Below are positions 18,001 to 26,767 of a stretch of 64,000 bases of DNA, piece after piece. A program made the position numbers and the translations under genes. This DNA is from Clostridia bacterium (GTDB lineage: Bacteria > Bacillota > Clostridia > Christensenellales > UBA1242), in the NCBI GenBank assembly GCA_900767715.1, contig CAAGAD010000005.1, positions 793,673 through 857,672 of the forward strand, read 5' to 3'. Position 1 is the first letter of the stretch. Each line of letters starts with the position of its first letter. The notes below the pieces were generated by a model. It saw only the letters and a program-made list of their open reading frames with translations, did no database searches and was not told where the DNA came from.

Positions 18001-21000
18001 TGTATATAACGCGAGCGATAATACCTACACAATGCCATTCATCAGTTGGAACGCCATAACCGGCGCTGACCATTACGCATTGTACATAAGGTTTGCGGAC
18101 GGCAACGACGAATTGACCGACAGTCTTGGCTCAATCACGGGCACAAGTTACAGCCTTGAAAACATCGACAAGGCGGGCGATGTGACCTTTATGGTTAGGG
18201 CTTATGGTAATAGCAACGACATTTTGTACAGCGATTTCGCCGAAATGAATATCGAACGCCTAAATGCACCAAAACTGGTTGTCGCAAATGGCAAACTCAG
18301 TTGGGAAGGAGTTTTGAATGCCAATAGTTATCTGTTGTTCGTTCAAAACCCAGCCACCAGCGTTTACGAACTCGTTGACGAATACGCCGGCATTGCAAGT
18401 TACGACTTTGCAGACCGCACGGCAGGCGCGTATGACGTGCGCTTGATTGCGCGCAATAGCCTATCGCAAGCCGAAATCAAATACGCGGACAGTGTAATGG
18501 CAGAGATGACTGTCACAAAACTTAACACTCCAATCAACTTCACCGTTTATGACGGCAAGTTCAAGTTTGATATGGTGACGGGCGCAGAAGGCTACGAAAT
18601 TACAATCGGCAAATACAAGCACAAAATCGGCGCCGACCAAACCAGCGATTTGGAATTACATTCAATGCTAGCCGAGCGCGTTGAGGACGCCAAACTTGTG
18701 GCGACCGCCGACGGCAAAATAACCAGTTCACCAACCACGATCAAGGTGAGAATGCTCAGCAGTCCACTTGGTGTGAAGATGGTGGGCGGAAACATTGTTT
18801 GGGACAAAATCCAGTTGCCAGAAGGCAGTAGCGACGCAGAATACGTGGTTACCATACAAAAGGGCACTGATGTAGAAAAGTTTGACGCGGGTGTAAACAC
18901 TTCACTTGCCTTCCCAGACTTAAATTGGGGCACGGGCGAATATTACATCTACATTCAAGCCAAATCGGGCGTCTATCTGGATAACGGCGAATTGGTTTAC
19001 CAGACCATAAGCCCATACTCCACAACCTACACAGTTATCATTCAAGACTCGGTGTCCATCATTCAATCGGTTGACGGACTTCTCAGTTGGGGAAGCATTT
19101 CCACAGCGGTTGGCTACAATGTGAAAATCGTTGACGCCAGCGGTCACGAAAACGTGGTTTATGTGACAGACGCAAGTTTCGATATGAGCGATTATGTCGG
19201 GTTTAGAACGGTCAGCGTTATGACCAAAGGCAATGGCGAAAACATTCTAGACAGCGATTATTCTATGCCAGTGCACGTCATCACAATGCCAAAAGTCGAA
19301 ACAATCGGCTTGGTTGACGGCAAGGTAACTTTCGATGCAGTCAGCATATTTAACCGCGCTAAACTCACATTCACTAGTGTGGACAATAGCCTATTATTCT
19401 ACGAATTTGATTGCTCACCAAGTTTGTTCGACGGCGCAAATAACGCTAAGACGTGGGCAAATATCGTAGAAACATTCGGTACAGATTACACCAACTGGAA
19501 TTACACTAATGTATTTAACACTATTAACAATAGTTACATTCTAAATAAACAAATCAACATTCCTAAGGGCTCATATAAGTTGACTATCAAGTTGATAGGC
19601 AACACCCACGCGGGCAGTGTTGACTTGGCAAAGGGCAATATCATTGTTGCTTCCAGCCAGACCAGTGTCGCCGTAGAAATGGAAAAACTCGGCACACCAA
19701 TCGTCAATGTCGATGACGGCATTATCTCTTGGGCGTCGAGTGCAAGTTATGCCGAATTGAAAACATTCAATGTTTACGTTCAACGTGTTTACAAAGAAAA
19801 TAACGAAAGTAAGACAGAAATCCACACCTTCCAAACAAATGTGGATTGGTCATACAACAACATTAGTTCAATCGACTTCAAACAAAATAGTTTCGCTTAC
19901 ACCGACCTAAACGGTCAGTCAAGGACAATTACTTTTGGCGAGGCGGGCGAATATAAGGTTTATGTAAGTTTGCAAGGCGACAGCACGAAATATTTGACAA
20001 GTAATGATTCAAATATTGAGAGCGTACGCATTCTTGAAGACCCAGAAATCAAACAGATTGCGGGCGAAATGACTTGGGAAACAATTCCTTATGCCACCGA
20101 GTATAGAATCGACTACACAATCAATGAATCGTCAAAATCATTGTATGTAATGGGCGACAGAATCAACTTTGTCACAGACTTCACTGACACCAAGGGCATT
20201 ACTCACACCTTCCCAGCGGGCGAGTACGATTTGAGAATCTTCGCTGTCGGCAATGGCAAAGACATTCTCAACTCAAAATCGGGTAAGCGTTACACCAAGC
20301 GTAAACTCGACATCGCCGACGCGCAATTTACACTCACAGAAGGTTTACTTGAATGGAACATAGTAAGTAATATGGCTTACTACTATGTAGATATTGACAA
20401 CGCATACACCAGCCAATACGGCGGAATCATTGTCAACGCGAACGAACCAAACGAAAGTTTGAAGTTCGACAATGTAAACAACGTGCTGACCTATGAAATC
20501 CCTACCAACCGTGTGGTCGGCATTCACAGTGTTCGCATTTACGCAATCGGCGACAACGAAAGTCTGTTGAGTTCAAGTTTCTCGAAAGTTATAACAGCCG
20601 AAAAACTTGTGGCACTTTCTACTCCGTCACTCAATGGTGGCAGATTGGAATGGCTTCCTAACGGCAACAATAGGTCGGGCTTCGATATCAAAGTGTCATT
20701 CATTGACGACGAAGGCTACACAATCAGTTTCATCAAGAACATCAACGAATCAACATTTATCTTGCCAGACAGCGTCACACTTTCAAATGGTATCGTTTAC
20801 CAGTTGAACGGACGCGACTATACGGTTTGGGTCAAGGTTCGTGGCACGAGTTATCGTGAGACGGGTGGAAACTATTTCAATAGTGACTACTCGAACGAAC
20901 TAGGCTTCGCAAGATATGACGACATAACCAATGTTCACACCACCAAGGGCGAATTGACTTGGACGGAAGTAAACAACGCCGACAACTATTACATCACAAT

Positions 21001-23002
21001 CGGTGGACTCGAAGTTTATACTGACAACACTTTGCTTGCACAAGACAATTTGTCATCACTTGCGGGCGGTCAATATTTGGCGACTATTTGTGCAATGGGC
21101 AATCGTCAATATATGACTTCACGCATAACGACAACAAGTTATTTGACCAAGTTTGACAGTCCAACAGGGCTCAAAACAGACGGAACAAAGATTGTCTGGG
21201 ACGCAGTGGAGAACGCAACCGGTTATAGAGTGGAACTCGGCAAATTGAACGACGCTGGCGAGTATGAAATTCAGCCTATTGAAACCACAACTGACAACAA
21301 CTTCACCTTGCCTAGCAGTTATGACGGACTTACTTTCAAGGTTCGTGTAATGGCGATTTCGCTTGAAGATAATGACAATTATCTCAACAGCGAATGGTGC
21401 GAAGAATGCATTGTGAATAAGGCAGAGCCAATCAGCAATTTGCGATTTGACGATGTCAACAAGCAATGGGTATGGACAGCGCCAGAGAGCGTGGATAAAT
21501 ACGTCATCAGTTATCGTCTAAACGGCAACAATACGGAAACCGAAACAATCAGCGGAGCGTACGCATACTTCAAGCCACAAAAACTCGGTGTTTACAGTGA
21601 GTTCGGCGTGCAAGTAGCACCTCCAACCACTCAGACGACAATGCTCCTATCCGACATTGTTTACTGGGAAAGCACGGACGACCAGGGCGTCGTGTATAAA
21701 CCAACCTACAATTTCAATATGTTCAATGCGGGCTACGGCACAGCAGAAAGTCCATACGAAATTGTGAGCGTGGAACAATTCATCAACATCAACTATTACA
21801 GCGACAAACATTTCATCTTGAAACGTAATATCGAATCAAGCAAAACTTATTTGAGCGCACTTGTTGGCGAGTTTACAGGCGTATTCAATGGAGATGGTAA
21901 GACTATCTCCAAGATAACCATTTCGACCGACAAATCGAACGCAGGTTTGTTCGGCATACTAACGGACGCAACGATTAAGAATTTGACTTTGGCGAACATT
22001 AGCGTAACCAACACATCATCTAGTGCGAACTATGTCGGCGTGTTGGCGGGCAGAATCGAGAAATCAAACATCGACGCGGTGACAATCAACGCGGGAGTTG
22101 TGGCTAGCGAAATCAAGGTTCAAAGATACGCTTATGTAGGCGGTTTGGCAGGTATGATTAGTGATAGCGTAATCAACAATATTGGTGTGAATATCACCGT
22201 CAACAATAACGTCAACAATGAAATCGCACTTGCTATTTACTCAGCAGGTTTGACCGCGATGTCAACCAACAGCACACTCACAAGCATTAGAGTGGGCTTG
22301 ATAGACCGTTCACAAGTCAACTCAACCTATCGTCTTGCAGGAATTGTCACAATGCTTGACGGCGGAACGTTGACCGATTCTTATGCAACTCTCGATAACG
22401 CGTCATCTAACTATGCAGACCATATCGGTGGTGTAGTTGAAACCAACAAGGGCACAATAGATAGTTGTTTCGCAACTGGCAAAGTGACCGTTCGCGGTAT
22501 TGCAAATGCTAACTATCAGCGTAATGGCTATGCAGGCGGTTTGGTCGGCACAAACGACTCTAACGGCACAATCAAGAACTGCTATGCTCAACTCAGCATT
22601 GTGGTAACGACCAACATTTCCGCAACATCTGGTGATTATCGAGTGGTAGTTGGCGGTCTGGTTGCAGTCAACGCGGGCTTAATCGATAACTCTTGGGTTG
22701 TCATCGCCAACGGCTATGCAACACTCACCAAGAGCGCAGAAAACACAGAATGCGTAATCAATGCTTTCGTTGGCAAAAACACTACAACCTATTCACAAGA
22801 AGGTTACACTTATGGCATCAAAAACTGCTATCAATATATTGACGGTGGCGCAAATTCGGGTGGCATCAGTCAAATGGATAGCGTGGCAAGTATGATGACA
22901 GAAGCGTTCAAGAAAACACTCAACACAAACGCTGGCAAAGACATCTACAATACAACAAACTCAGGTTTGCCAGAGTTCTTGTGGCAAAGCAAATTAATCT
23001 AA
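15032..23002 (+). CDS. giant surface lipoprotein/adhesin: lipobox, Big_2 domain, about 23 Fn3-like modules, C-terminal GLUG-type repeat region
   Basis: 2656-aa uninterrupted ORF. Lipobox MLAGC. Big_2-like VTAINF...GTAIVTAVS. Modules recur with P-x-N-L...G-x-L-x-W..V..A..Y; the Y-x-V-x-A-x-G part of the pattern is not met exactly in every module. C-terminus has SPYEI..EQF...FTGVFNGDGKTI..AGLFG...IKNLTL..VGGLAG (GLUG-motif pattern). Confidence 0.9.
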   Translation: MKSLMKKIRICILAVICMIPAFMLAGCTDDVPVTAINFREERIEMLVGDSYEPQVFCSPNSASNKRYGLKSNDTTIVTASGTRLTARSKGTAIVTAVSSSESKTASIVVIVYDKSVQLGVPSDIKYDGEALTFSASENAYNFDMRLNGQIIHLGNTNTYRNFDAGRVNTVEIMAVGNGRATISSAFSEEYKFFQIAQPTNLRVENGVLTFDAVENVSKYKITLKTDNNEDAEQIVDTNSLNLSNLIESGKEYNISVKALKDGYTNENLDKNVEIFASRESASIVVSKSNAPTNLRIDKNKLIFDNAVRQSTFELEIYSGSNQVLTTQFNEDFYDLSALDAGEYSIKVRQKTTGTNALFSDWSIPLVATKLVSPTVTIADGVVKISAVTDAVGYNVVVNGAVIDIRDASEFVLGSSFGVGAYTIGAQAYGDAQTIISNVSTTISATKLATPRNLALNNYVLSFDDVNDSASFKLTVSADLASEVKVNDIIDVEGNSYTFAPSYFAETTKTDTYRLQLQAYKTGNYLLSEKTEIYLVYKLATPQNVNLTDEKITIENEKINIVAVESTIGYKIEFYLADTNVLVDEKAFTPPQTYSDLPALDAGKYSVKIMATGNNANVLDSGIVQLDDIDVLAIPTTRAESNAIIWNAVEKATGYFITRDEVLDDKLITDLSYNIDLLEAGVYNFKIRAYGDGQKIISSKYSESPLVITKLSQPTDLDYQNGKLTWSAVEGATAYDVCYKNEETDNIDSFRVGTNSYDIDFASKLAGSYNYYVIALGNSNTVFDSKPSQDITIVKQAKATDLRLEGNTVKWNYDIDSTYELVVNGIVIDDLTNGAFDLIKDYLPIANFETAQEYTITLITKGESRKLVADGLVVKVDSDPTDSLVITKLAQTTDVSLSSGVLKWKINTSAVSYSLVVDGNVLIENVATNENNDAGYQTYDLNASLTAGEHTVAIIANGNGVNSFDSNASNYLASEIRLTKLPAVELKFNPSVYNASDNTYTMPFISWNAITGADHYALYIRFADGNDELTDSLGSITGTSYSLENIDKAGDVTFMVRAYGNSNDILYSDFAEMNIERLNAPKLVVANGKLSWEGVLNANSYLLFVQNPATSVYELVDEYAGIASYDFADRTAGAYDVRLIARNSLSQAEIKYADSVMAEMTVTKLNTPINFTVYDGKFKFDMVTGAEGYEITIGKYKHKIGADQTSDLELHSMLAERVEDAKLVATADGKITSSPTTIKVRMLSSPLGVKMVGGNIVWDKIQLPEGSSDAEYVVTIQKGTDVEKFDAGVNTSLAFPDLNWGTGEYYIYIQAKSGVYLDNGELVYQTISPYSTTYTVIIQDSVSIIQSVDGLLSWGSISTAVGYNVKIVDASGHENVVYVTDASFDMSDYVGFRTVSVMTKGNGENILDSDYSMPVHVITMPKVETIGLVDGKVTFDAVSIFNRAKLTFTSVDNSLLFYEFDCSPSLFDGANNAKTWANIVETFGTDYTNWNYTNVFNTINNSYILNKQINIPKGSYKLTIKLIGNTHAGSVDLAKGNIIVASSQTSVAVEMEKLGTPIVNVDDGIISWASSASYAELKTFNVYVQRVYKENNESKTEIHTFQTNVDWSYNNISSIDFKQNSFAYTDLNGQSRTITFGEAGEYKVYVSLQGDSTKYLTSNDSNIESVRILEDPEIKQIAGEMTWETIPYATEYRIDYTINESSKSLYVMGDRINFVTDFTDTKGITHTFPAGEYDLRIFAVGNGKDILNSKSGKRYTKRKLDIADAQFTLTEGLLEWNIVSNMAYYYVDIDNAYTSQYGGIIVNANEPNESLKFDNVNNVLTYEIPTNRVVGIHSVRIYAIGDNESLLSSSFSKVITAEKLVALSTPSLNGGRLEWLPNGNNRSGFDIKVSFIDDEGYTISFIKNINESTFILPDSVTLSNGIVYQLNGRDYTVWVKVRGTSYRETGGNYFNSDYSNELGFARYDDITNVHTTKGELTWTEVNNADNYYITIGGLEVYTDNTLLAQDNLSSLAGGQYLATICAMGNRQYMTSRITTTSYLTKFDSPTGLKTDGTKIVWDAVENATGYRVELGKLNDAGEYEIQPIETTTDNNFTLPSSYDGLTFKVRVMAISLEDNDNYLNSEWCEECIVNKAEPISNLRFDDVNKQWVWTAPESVDKYVISYRLNGNNTETETISGAYAYFKPQKLGVYSEFGVQVAPPTTQTTMLLSDIVYWESTDDQGVVYKPTYNFNMFNAGYGTAESPYEIVSVEQFININYYSDKHFILKRNIESSKTYLSALVGEFTGVFNGDGKTISKITISTDKSNAGLFGILTDATIKNLTLANISVTNTSSSANYVGVLAGRIEKSNIDAVTINAGVVASEIKVQRYAYVGGLAGMISDSVINNIGVNITVNNNVNNEIALAIYSAGLTAMSTNSTLTSIRVGLIDRSQVNSTYRLAGIVTMLDGGTLTDSYATLDNASSNYADHIGGVVETNKGTIDSCFATGKVTVRGIANANYQRNGYAGGLVGTNDSNGTIKNCYAQLSIVVTTNISATSGDYRVVVGGLVAVNAGLIDNSWVVIANGYATLTKSAENTECVINAFVGKNTTTYSQEGYTYGIKNCYQYIDGGANSGGISQMDSVASMMTEAFKKTLNTNAGKDIYNTTNSGLPEFLWQSKLI
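15368..21700 (+). repeat. array of about 23 diverged tandem 80-130-aa Fn3-like coding modules
   Basis: Module boundaries read from the protein (K-L-x-x-P-x-N-L junctions). The repeats are diverged at the DNA level, so no long identical nucleotide repeats were seen. Confidence 0.7.
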
Positions 23003-23040
23003 AACCAAACCAACCCGTAAACTCGGGTTGGTGGTTTTGG
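23003..23040 (+). terminator. probable leaky terminator after the giant adhesin gene
   Basis: Imperfect hairpin AAAACCAAACCAACCCG-TAAACT-CGGGTTGGTGGTTTT with only a short T-run. Confidence 0.5.
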
Positions 23041-23094
23041 GCTTTATACATATAAAATAAAAAGTTGAAAATACTAAATTAAAAGCGAGCAAAT

Positions 23095-23655
23095 ATGGAT
23101 TATAGTTATCAAAACTATCGCGACAACGAAATCAATCTACCTAAAATGTTGAGCGACTGCTTATGGATTATTGTCAAAGCCGTGGTATTCACCTTGGCTT
23201 TGCTAGTGCTTTTTGGCTTAGTTTTTGGCTATAAGCCATATCTGGTCATTAGCGGAAGTATGACACCTACGCTTATCGAGAACCGCGACATCGTAATCGT
23301 GAAGAAGATTGATTACGACAAATACCAAATTGGCGACATCATCACCTTTACCAAAGACGACGGCAAAACAATGTGCACGCACCGCATTGTCACAATCGAC
23401 TTTGACGAAGACGGCCATCGCACAGGCATCAACACGCAAGGCGACTGGAAAGACAATTCGCCTGACAACAATCATCTCACCGACGACCAAATCGTAGGCA
23501 AAGTGGTGGCAATCTATCGTGAATGGGGCGCGGTATATTTCTTTATTCGCAACAATTTATATCTCTGCATAGCACTCGTGCTTACCATATATATGGGGGT
23601 TACCTTGCTGGAAGCCAATTACGAATATTTGAAAAAACCGGTCAAATTTGAATAA
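23095..23655 (+). CDS. sipW: signal peptidase I, SipW / ER-archaeal type (S26B)
   Basis: SGSMTPTL serine box, CTHRIV histidine box, N-terminal and C-terminal TM segments. 186 aa, close to my recollection of B. subtilis SipW at about 190 aa. Confidence 0.85.
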   Translation: MDYSYQNYRDNEINLPKMLSDCLWIIVKAVVFTLALLVLFGLVFGYKPYLVISGSMTPTLIENRDIVIVKKIDYDKYQIGDIITFTKDDGKTMCTHRIVTIDFDEDGHRTGINTQGDWKDNSPDNNHLTDDQIVGKVVAIYREWGAVYFFIRNNLYLCIALVLTIYMGVTLLEANYEYLKKPVKFE

Positions 23656-23708
23656 TATCGCTTTACAATTTTATGTCTTATTTTGTAGAATAGATATAAG
23701 GAAGGACT

Positions 23709-26129
23709 ATGCACACATCAAGCAAAAGGAACAATAGGCTATTATCAATACTATTGATGGTTATGGCAATAGTGCTTCTTTTGGGTGGACTAGGCTTCAC
23801 TTTGGCGGGCAAACGCACAAGTTTTGTGACGAAAAAGGCCTCCAATACGACCTACACCAATGCAAGCACCAAGACATTTTTGGATAACTCTACACTTGAA
23901 TATCCTATCGATTACAAAATCGGTTCGGTAGCAAGACAGATTTCGGCTTATACCTACTCAACCACTGCGCAATATTTGGCGTATAGCGTAAGTTTTAGAT
24001 ATGTCACGGTAACCGCCAGCACGGGCGCTGCGACCAATGCGAACAAGGCGGTCAACAATATCAATATCATTCCATTCATTGACAGAGATTGGTATTTTGA
24101 CCAGAATCATTCCATTCTGTATAGACGTTCGGCATTGCAAGCCACCAGTTCGACTAAAAAAGCAATGACTACAATCTTAACCGGTGTTGAATTCTTCGAC
24201 AACACCAACGGCGTATATTATTCGGGTTGCAAATTGCAAATCATTCTCACGCCAACCACATATAGTTCATCGGCAATTCCAACAAACGGGGTTACGGTTT
24301 ATAATGTTTCAACCAATGTAAACTATGCAATCGGCTCATTCCGCACACCAATCTATGTGCGCAACAATAGTTCGTCTGCACAAGGATTGACATTCACGGT
24401 TGACGCCGGTTGGTACAATTCTTCTGACACAGCAGTTTCTGGCTTGCCAAGGAACAAAATTAAACTAAATTTGAGCAACAACTATTTCACAGGCTACAAT
24501 GGTGGGAATAATACTGAATCAAACAGCAGTCTTTACACTTCGTCTTACGCTCCATCTGGCAATGCAAATGCAAATGAAATCACCGATTCGGACGCATTGC
24601 AATATGGCGGTAGTTACACATACAGATGTAATGTTCTGGCTGGCGAAATTGTTCCAATCATTGATAGCATTGAAATCATCAATGTCAACTGGACGGGTAA
24701 TGGCGAATCAGATTACGCTGGTACTCACGTGAAGATTTCACTCGGCAGTTGTTCACTAACCACTTTGTCTAGCCCAAAAACAAGTTTGACAGGTGGCACG
24801 ACTTATAATGTCACTAACGGCGCTACCGTTCTGCCAATTGATTTGACAGGTGTGACAAGTGGTTGCACTCTCGAAAGAAGCGCCGTATATTCTACTTTGG
24901 CAGATACGACATTATCAGTTAGTTACAATTACTATATCGCTTATTGGGTGCAATACATCAGTGGTAATAGCAGCGATAGTACTAATACTTATGATATCGT
25001 TGCGGGTGAATATGCAGTCTTGCCAGTGACAAAGGGCGTGTCAGTTGCCAAACGTCAAGGGCAGGCTTGGAGTGATAACAATTACAAACAAAGTCTTACA
25101 AAGGGCAGAACAGTATCGCTCTTTGATACAGTGACCATTGCTTCAACGATGACTGTGAACGGCACCAGCGTAACAGTCAATTCCAGTCTTGCTACTGCAC
25201 TCAAAAATATCAAAGTAAGCAGTAGTACAAACACTTACACAGATTCATTCGGCATTTCGGGACGTATCGTTCCTAGCAGTTATACTCCACGTTGTTATTT
25301 GATAATAAAACCTACTATCACAACCAATTCCAGTGCGTCAACAGCCACTGACTTTGCAAGTGAAGTTTTGATTTCACAATCAGCAATGAGTATTAGTACA
25401 TCTGCCGTGCCATACACTGTGGCAATCAAAAATACTTCAACACTAGTTTATTCATCGGCAATAATCACTCTTACAGGTATAAATATAAATTCATTCACAT
25501 TAGGGCTCAATACTGGTTGGAGTTGGAATGGAAACCAAGGACAACTTACCTATTCTGGCGCGATTAAACCAGGACAGACAGTGGTAGCAGTCGGCAGTGC
25601 GACTGGCTCATCAAGTGCGATTAACTATGGTACTGCAAGTATGACAACCAGTTCAAGCGAAACGATTGACAACGTCGTAGTCATTGACGAAACTCAAACC
25701 AAGGGCGTTTATATGCAAAACGCCACTACTGGCATCAACTACACGGGCGATGCAAATAGTTCGACCAAGAAAATTCACATTATCAACACATCATCGAACA
25801 TGTATTATATTCGTGTGATGATTGCACCAAAATATATGAAAGCGGGCGCAACTGGAACGGGAACACTTACATTCACAGCCACCGACTACACCAAGTTGTC
25901 GGGCGCACACACCTATTACTACAACAAAATACTTCTTCCGGGTCAAGAAATTGAACTTGGCGGAGTGACAATCACTGCCAACTCTAGCAACACGGGCACA
26001 AGCGTGATTTACAACCCAACCGTTGCTTCATCAGTGGTAAGCACGACGTCGTTTGCTGTGCCATCTGGCTGGGACGCATCTTCGATGTCCAAGGTTCAAA
26101 GTTTCTACAGAATCGTATTCCAAAAATAA
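23709..26129 (+). CDS. 806-aa S/T/N-rich secreted protein with a SipW-cognate-like signal peptide
   Basis: AAGGAAGGA RBS. N-terminus KRNNRLLSILLMVMAIVLLLGGLGFTLA|GKRT. No LPXTG or C-terminal TM, and no enzymatic motif seen. Confidence 0.8.
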   Translation: MHTSSKRNNRLLSILLMVMAIVLLLGGLGFTLAGKRTSFVTKKASNTTYTNASTKTFLDNSTLEYPIDYKIGSVARQISAYTYSTTAQYLAYSVSFRYVTVTASTGAATNANKAVNNINIIPFIDRDWYFDQNHSILYRRSALQATSSTKKAMTTILTGVEFFDNTNGVYYSGCKLQIILTPTTYSSSAIPTNGVTVYNVSTNVNYAIGSFRTPIYVRNNSSSAQGLTFTVDAGWYNSSDTAVSGLPRNKIKLNLSNNYFTGYNGGNNTESNSSLYTSSYAPSGNANANEITDSDALQYGGSYTYRCNVLAGEIVPIIDSIEIINVNWTGNGESDYAGTHVKISLGSCSLTTLSSPKTSLTGGTTYNVTNGATVLPIDLTGVTSGCTLERSAVYSTLADTTLSVSYNYYIAYWVQYISGNSSDSTNTYDIVAGEYAVLPVTKGVSVAKRQGQAWSDNNYKQSLTKGRTVSLFDTVTIASTMTVNGTSVTVNSSLATALKNIKVSSSTNTYTDSFGISGRIVPSSYTPRCYLIIKPTITTNSSASTATDFASEVLISQSAMSISTSAVPYTVAIKNTSTLVYSSAIITLTGININSFTLGLNTGWSWNGNQGQLTYSGAIKPGQTVVAVGSATGSSSAINYGTASMTTSSSETIDNVVVIDETQTKGVYMQNATTGINYTGDANSSTKKIHIINTSSNMYYIRVMIAPKYMKAGATGTGTLTFTATDYTKLSGAHTYYYNKILLPGQEIELGGVTITANSSNTGTSVIYNPTVASSVVSTTSFAVPSGWDASSMSKVQSFYRIVFQK

Positions 26130-26139
26130 AGGGTAAAAG

Positions 26140-26751
26140 ATGAGAGATAGTAAAAACAAAGCAAGGTTTGTTAGCGTATTCACATTGACAATGTGCTTTG
26201 TTTTGGCACTCATAATTTTACCTGTGACATACGCATATTTGACTAAGCACAAATATGTCGGCGGAGCAATTACGGTTGCCACAATTAGCCTAGACGCGCA
26301 GAACTCGTCTAGCACAACGATTGTTGGCAAAACTGTTACACTAGGCGAGGCTGATTCCAGCGATATCTACAATTATACTGCCAAGGTAAAAAACACCGGT
26401 AGTGCAAGCGTAATTATTAGATTTTATGTTGGACTCATCAATAGTTCGGGCGCTGTGGTAAAGACCACCGCAATCGAACCAGTGCTTGCAGATAGTTCAA
26501 ATTACACTTGGGTTGGTGATGGAAGCGGTTACTACTATTTATCAACAACGGCGGGCAAAAGATTGACCGTTGCGCATAACGGCACGTACAATATGCTCAC
26601 AGGCTTCCAAATCAACGATCCATCGGGCACATTAGATAGCAGTATCGATAGTGACGGCAATGTTACATTCGGCTTGCAAATACAAGCCGTGCAATACAAT
26701 ATCGGTTCTAGCCTTTCTAGCGTTTGGACGAACATTCCATCGAACTGGTAA
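26140..26751 (+). CDS. TasA/camelysin-like small secreted protein (putative fibre subunit) with SipW-cognate signal peptide
   Basis: 10-nt gap after the upstream gene, with RBS. Signal ...LALIILPVTYA|YLTKHKYVGGAITVATISLDAQN resembles the TasA junction GGGTWA|AFND...ATFASGTLDLSA as I recall it. Confidence 0.7.
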   Translation: MRDSKNKARFVSVFTLTMCFVLALIILPVTYAYLTKHKYVGGAITVATISLDAQNSSSTTIVGKTVTLGEADSSDIYNYTAKVKNTGSASVIIRFYVGLINSSGAVVKTTAIEPVLADSSNYTWVGDGSGYYYLSTTAGKRLTVAHNGTYNMLTGFQINDPSGTLDSSIDSDGNVTFGLQIQAVQYNIGSSLSSVWTNIPSNW

Positions 26752-26767
26752 TTAAAAGGAGTAGCAG

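Noticed and set aside
15368-21700. Fn3-like module array considered as a recent tandem duplication, an assembly collapse or a mobile repeat.
   Set aside because: The modules are strongly diverged at both protein and DNA level and vary in length (80-130 aa). This is an old domain array, not a repeat artefact.
15229-22591. Many 60-115-aa ORFs on the minus strand and in other frames inside the giant adhesin gene. The same occurs inside 55322..63358, dnaE, glyQS and uvrC.
   Set aside because: They lie entirely within long, motif-supported ORFs on the opposite strand or in another frame. They have no RBS and odd composition, so they are shadow ORFs.
23790-23810. GFTLAG in the 806-aa protein resembles the type IV prepilin G|FTLxE motif.
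   Set aside because: The hydrophobic segment lies N-terminal to the motif rather than after it, Glu5 is absent, and there is no prepilin peptidase or pilus ATPase gene nearby. The site fits a SipW-type T-x-A junction better.
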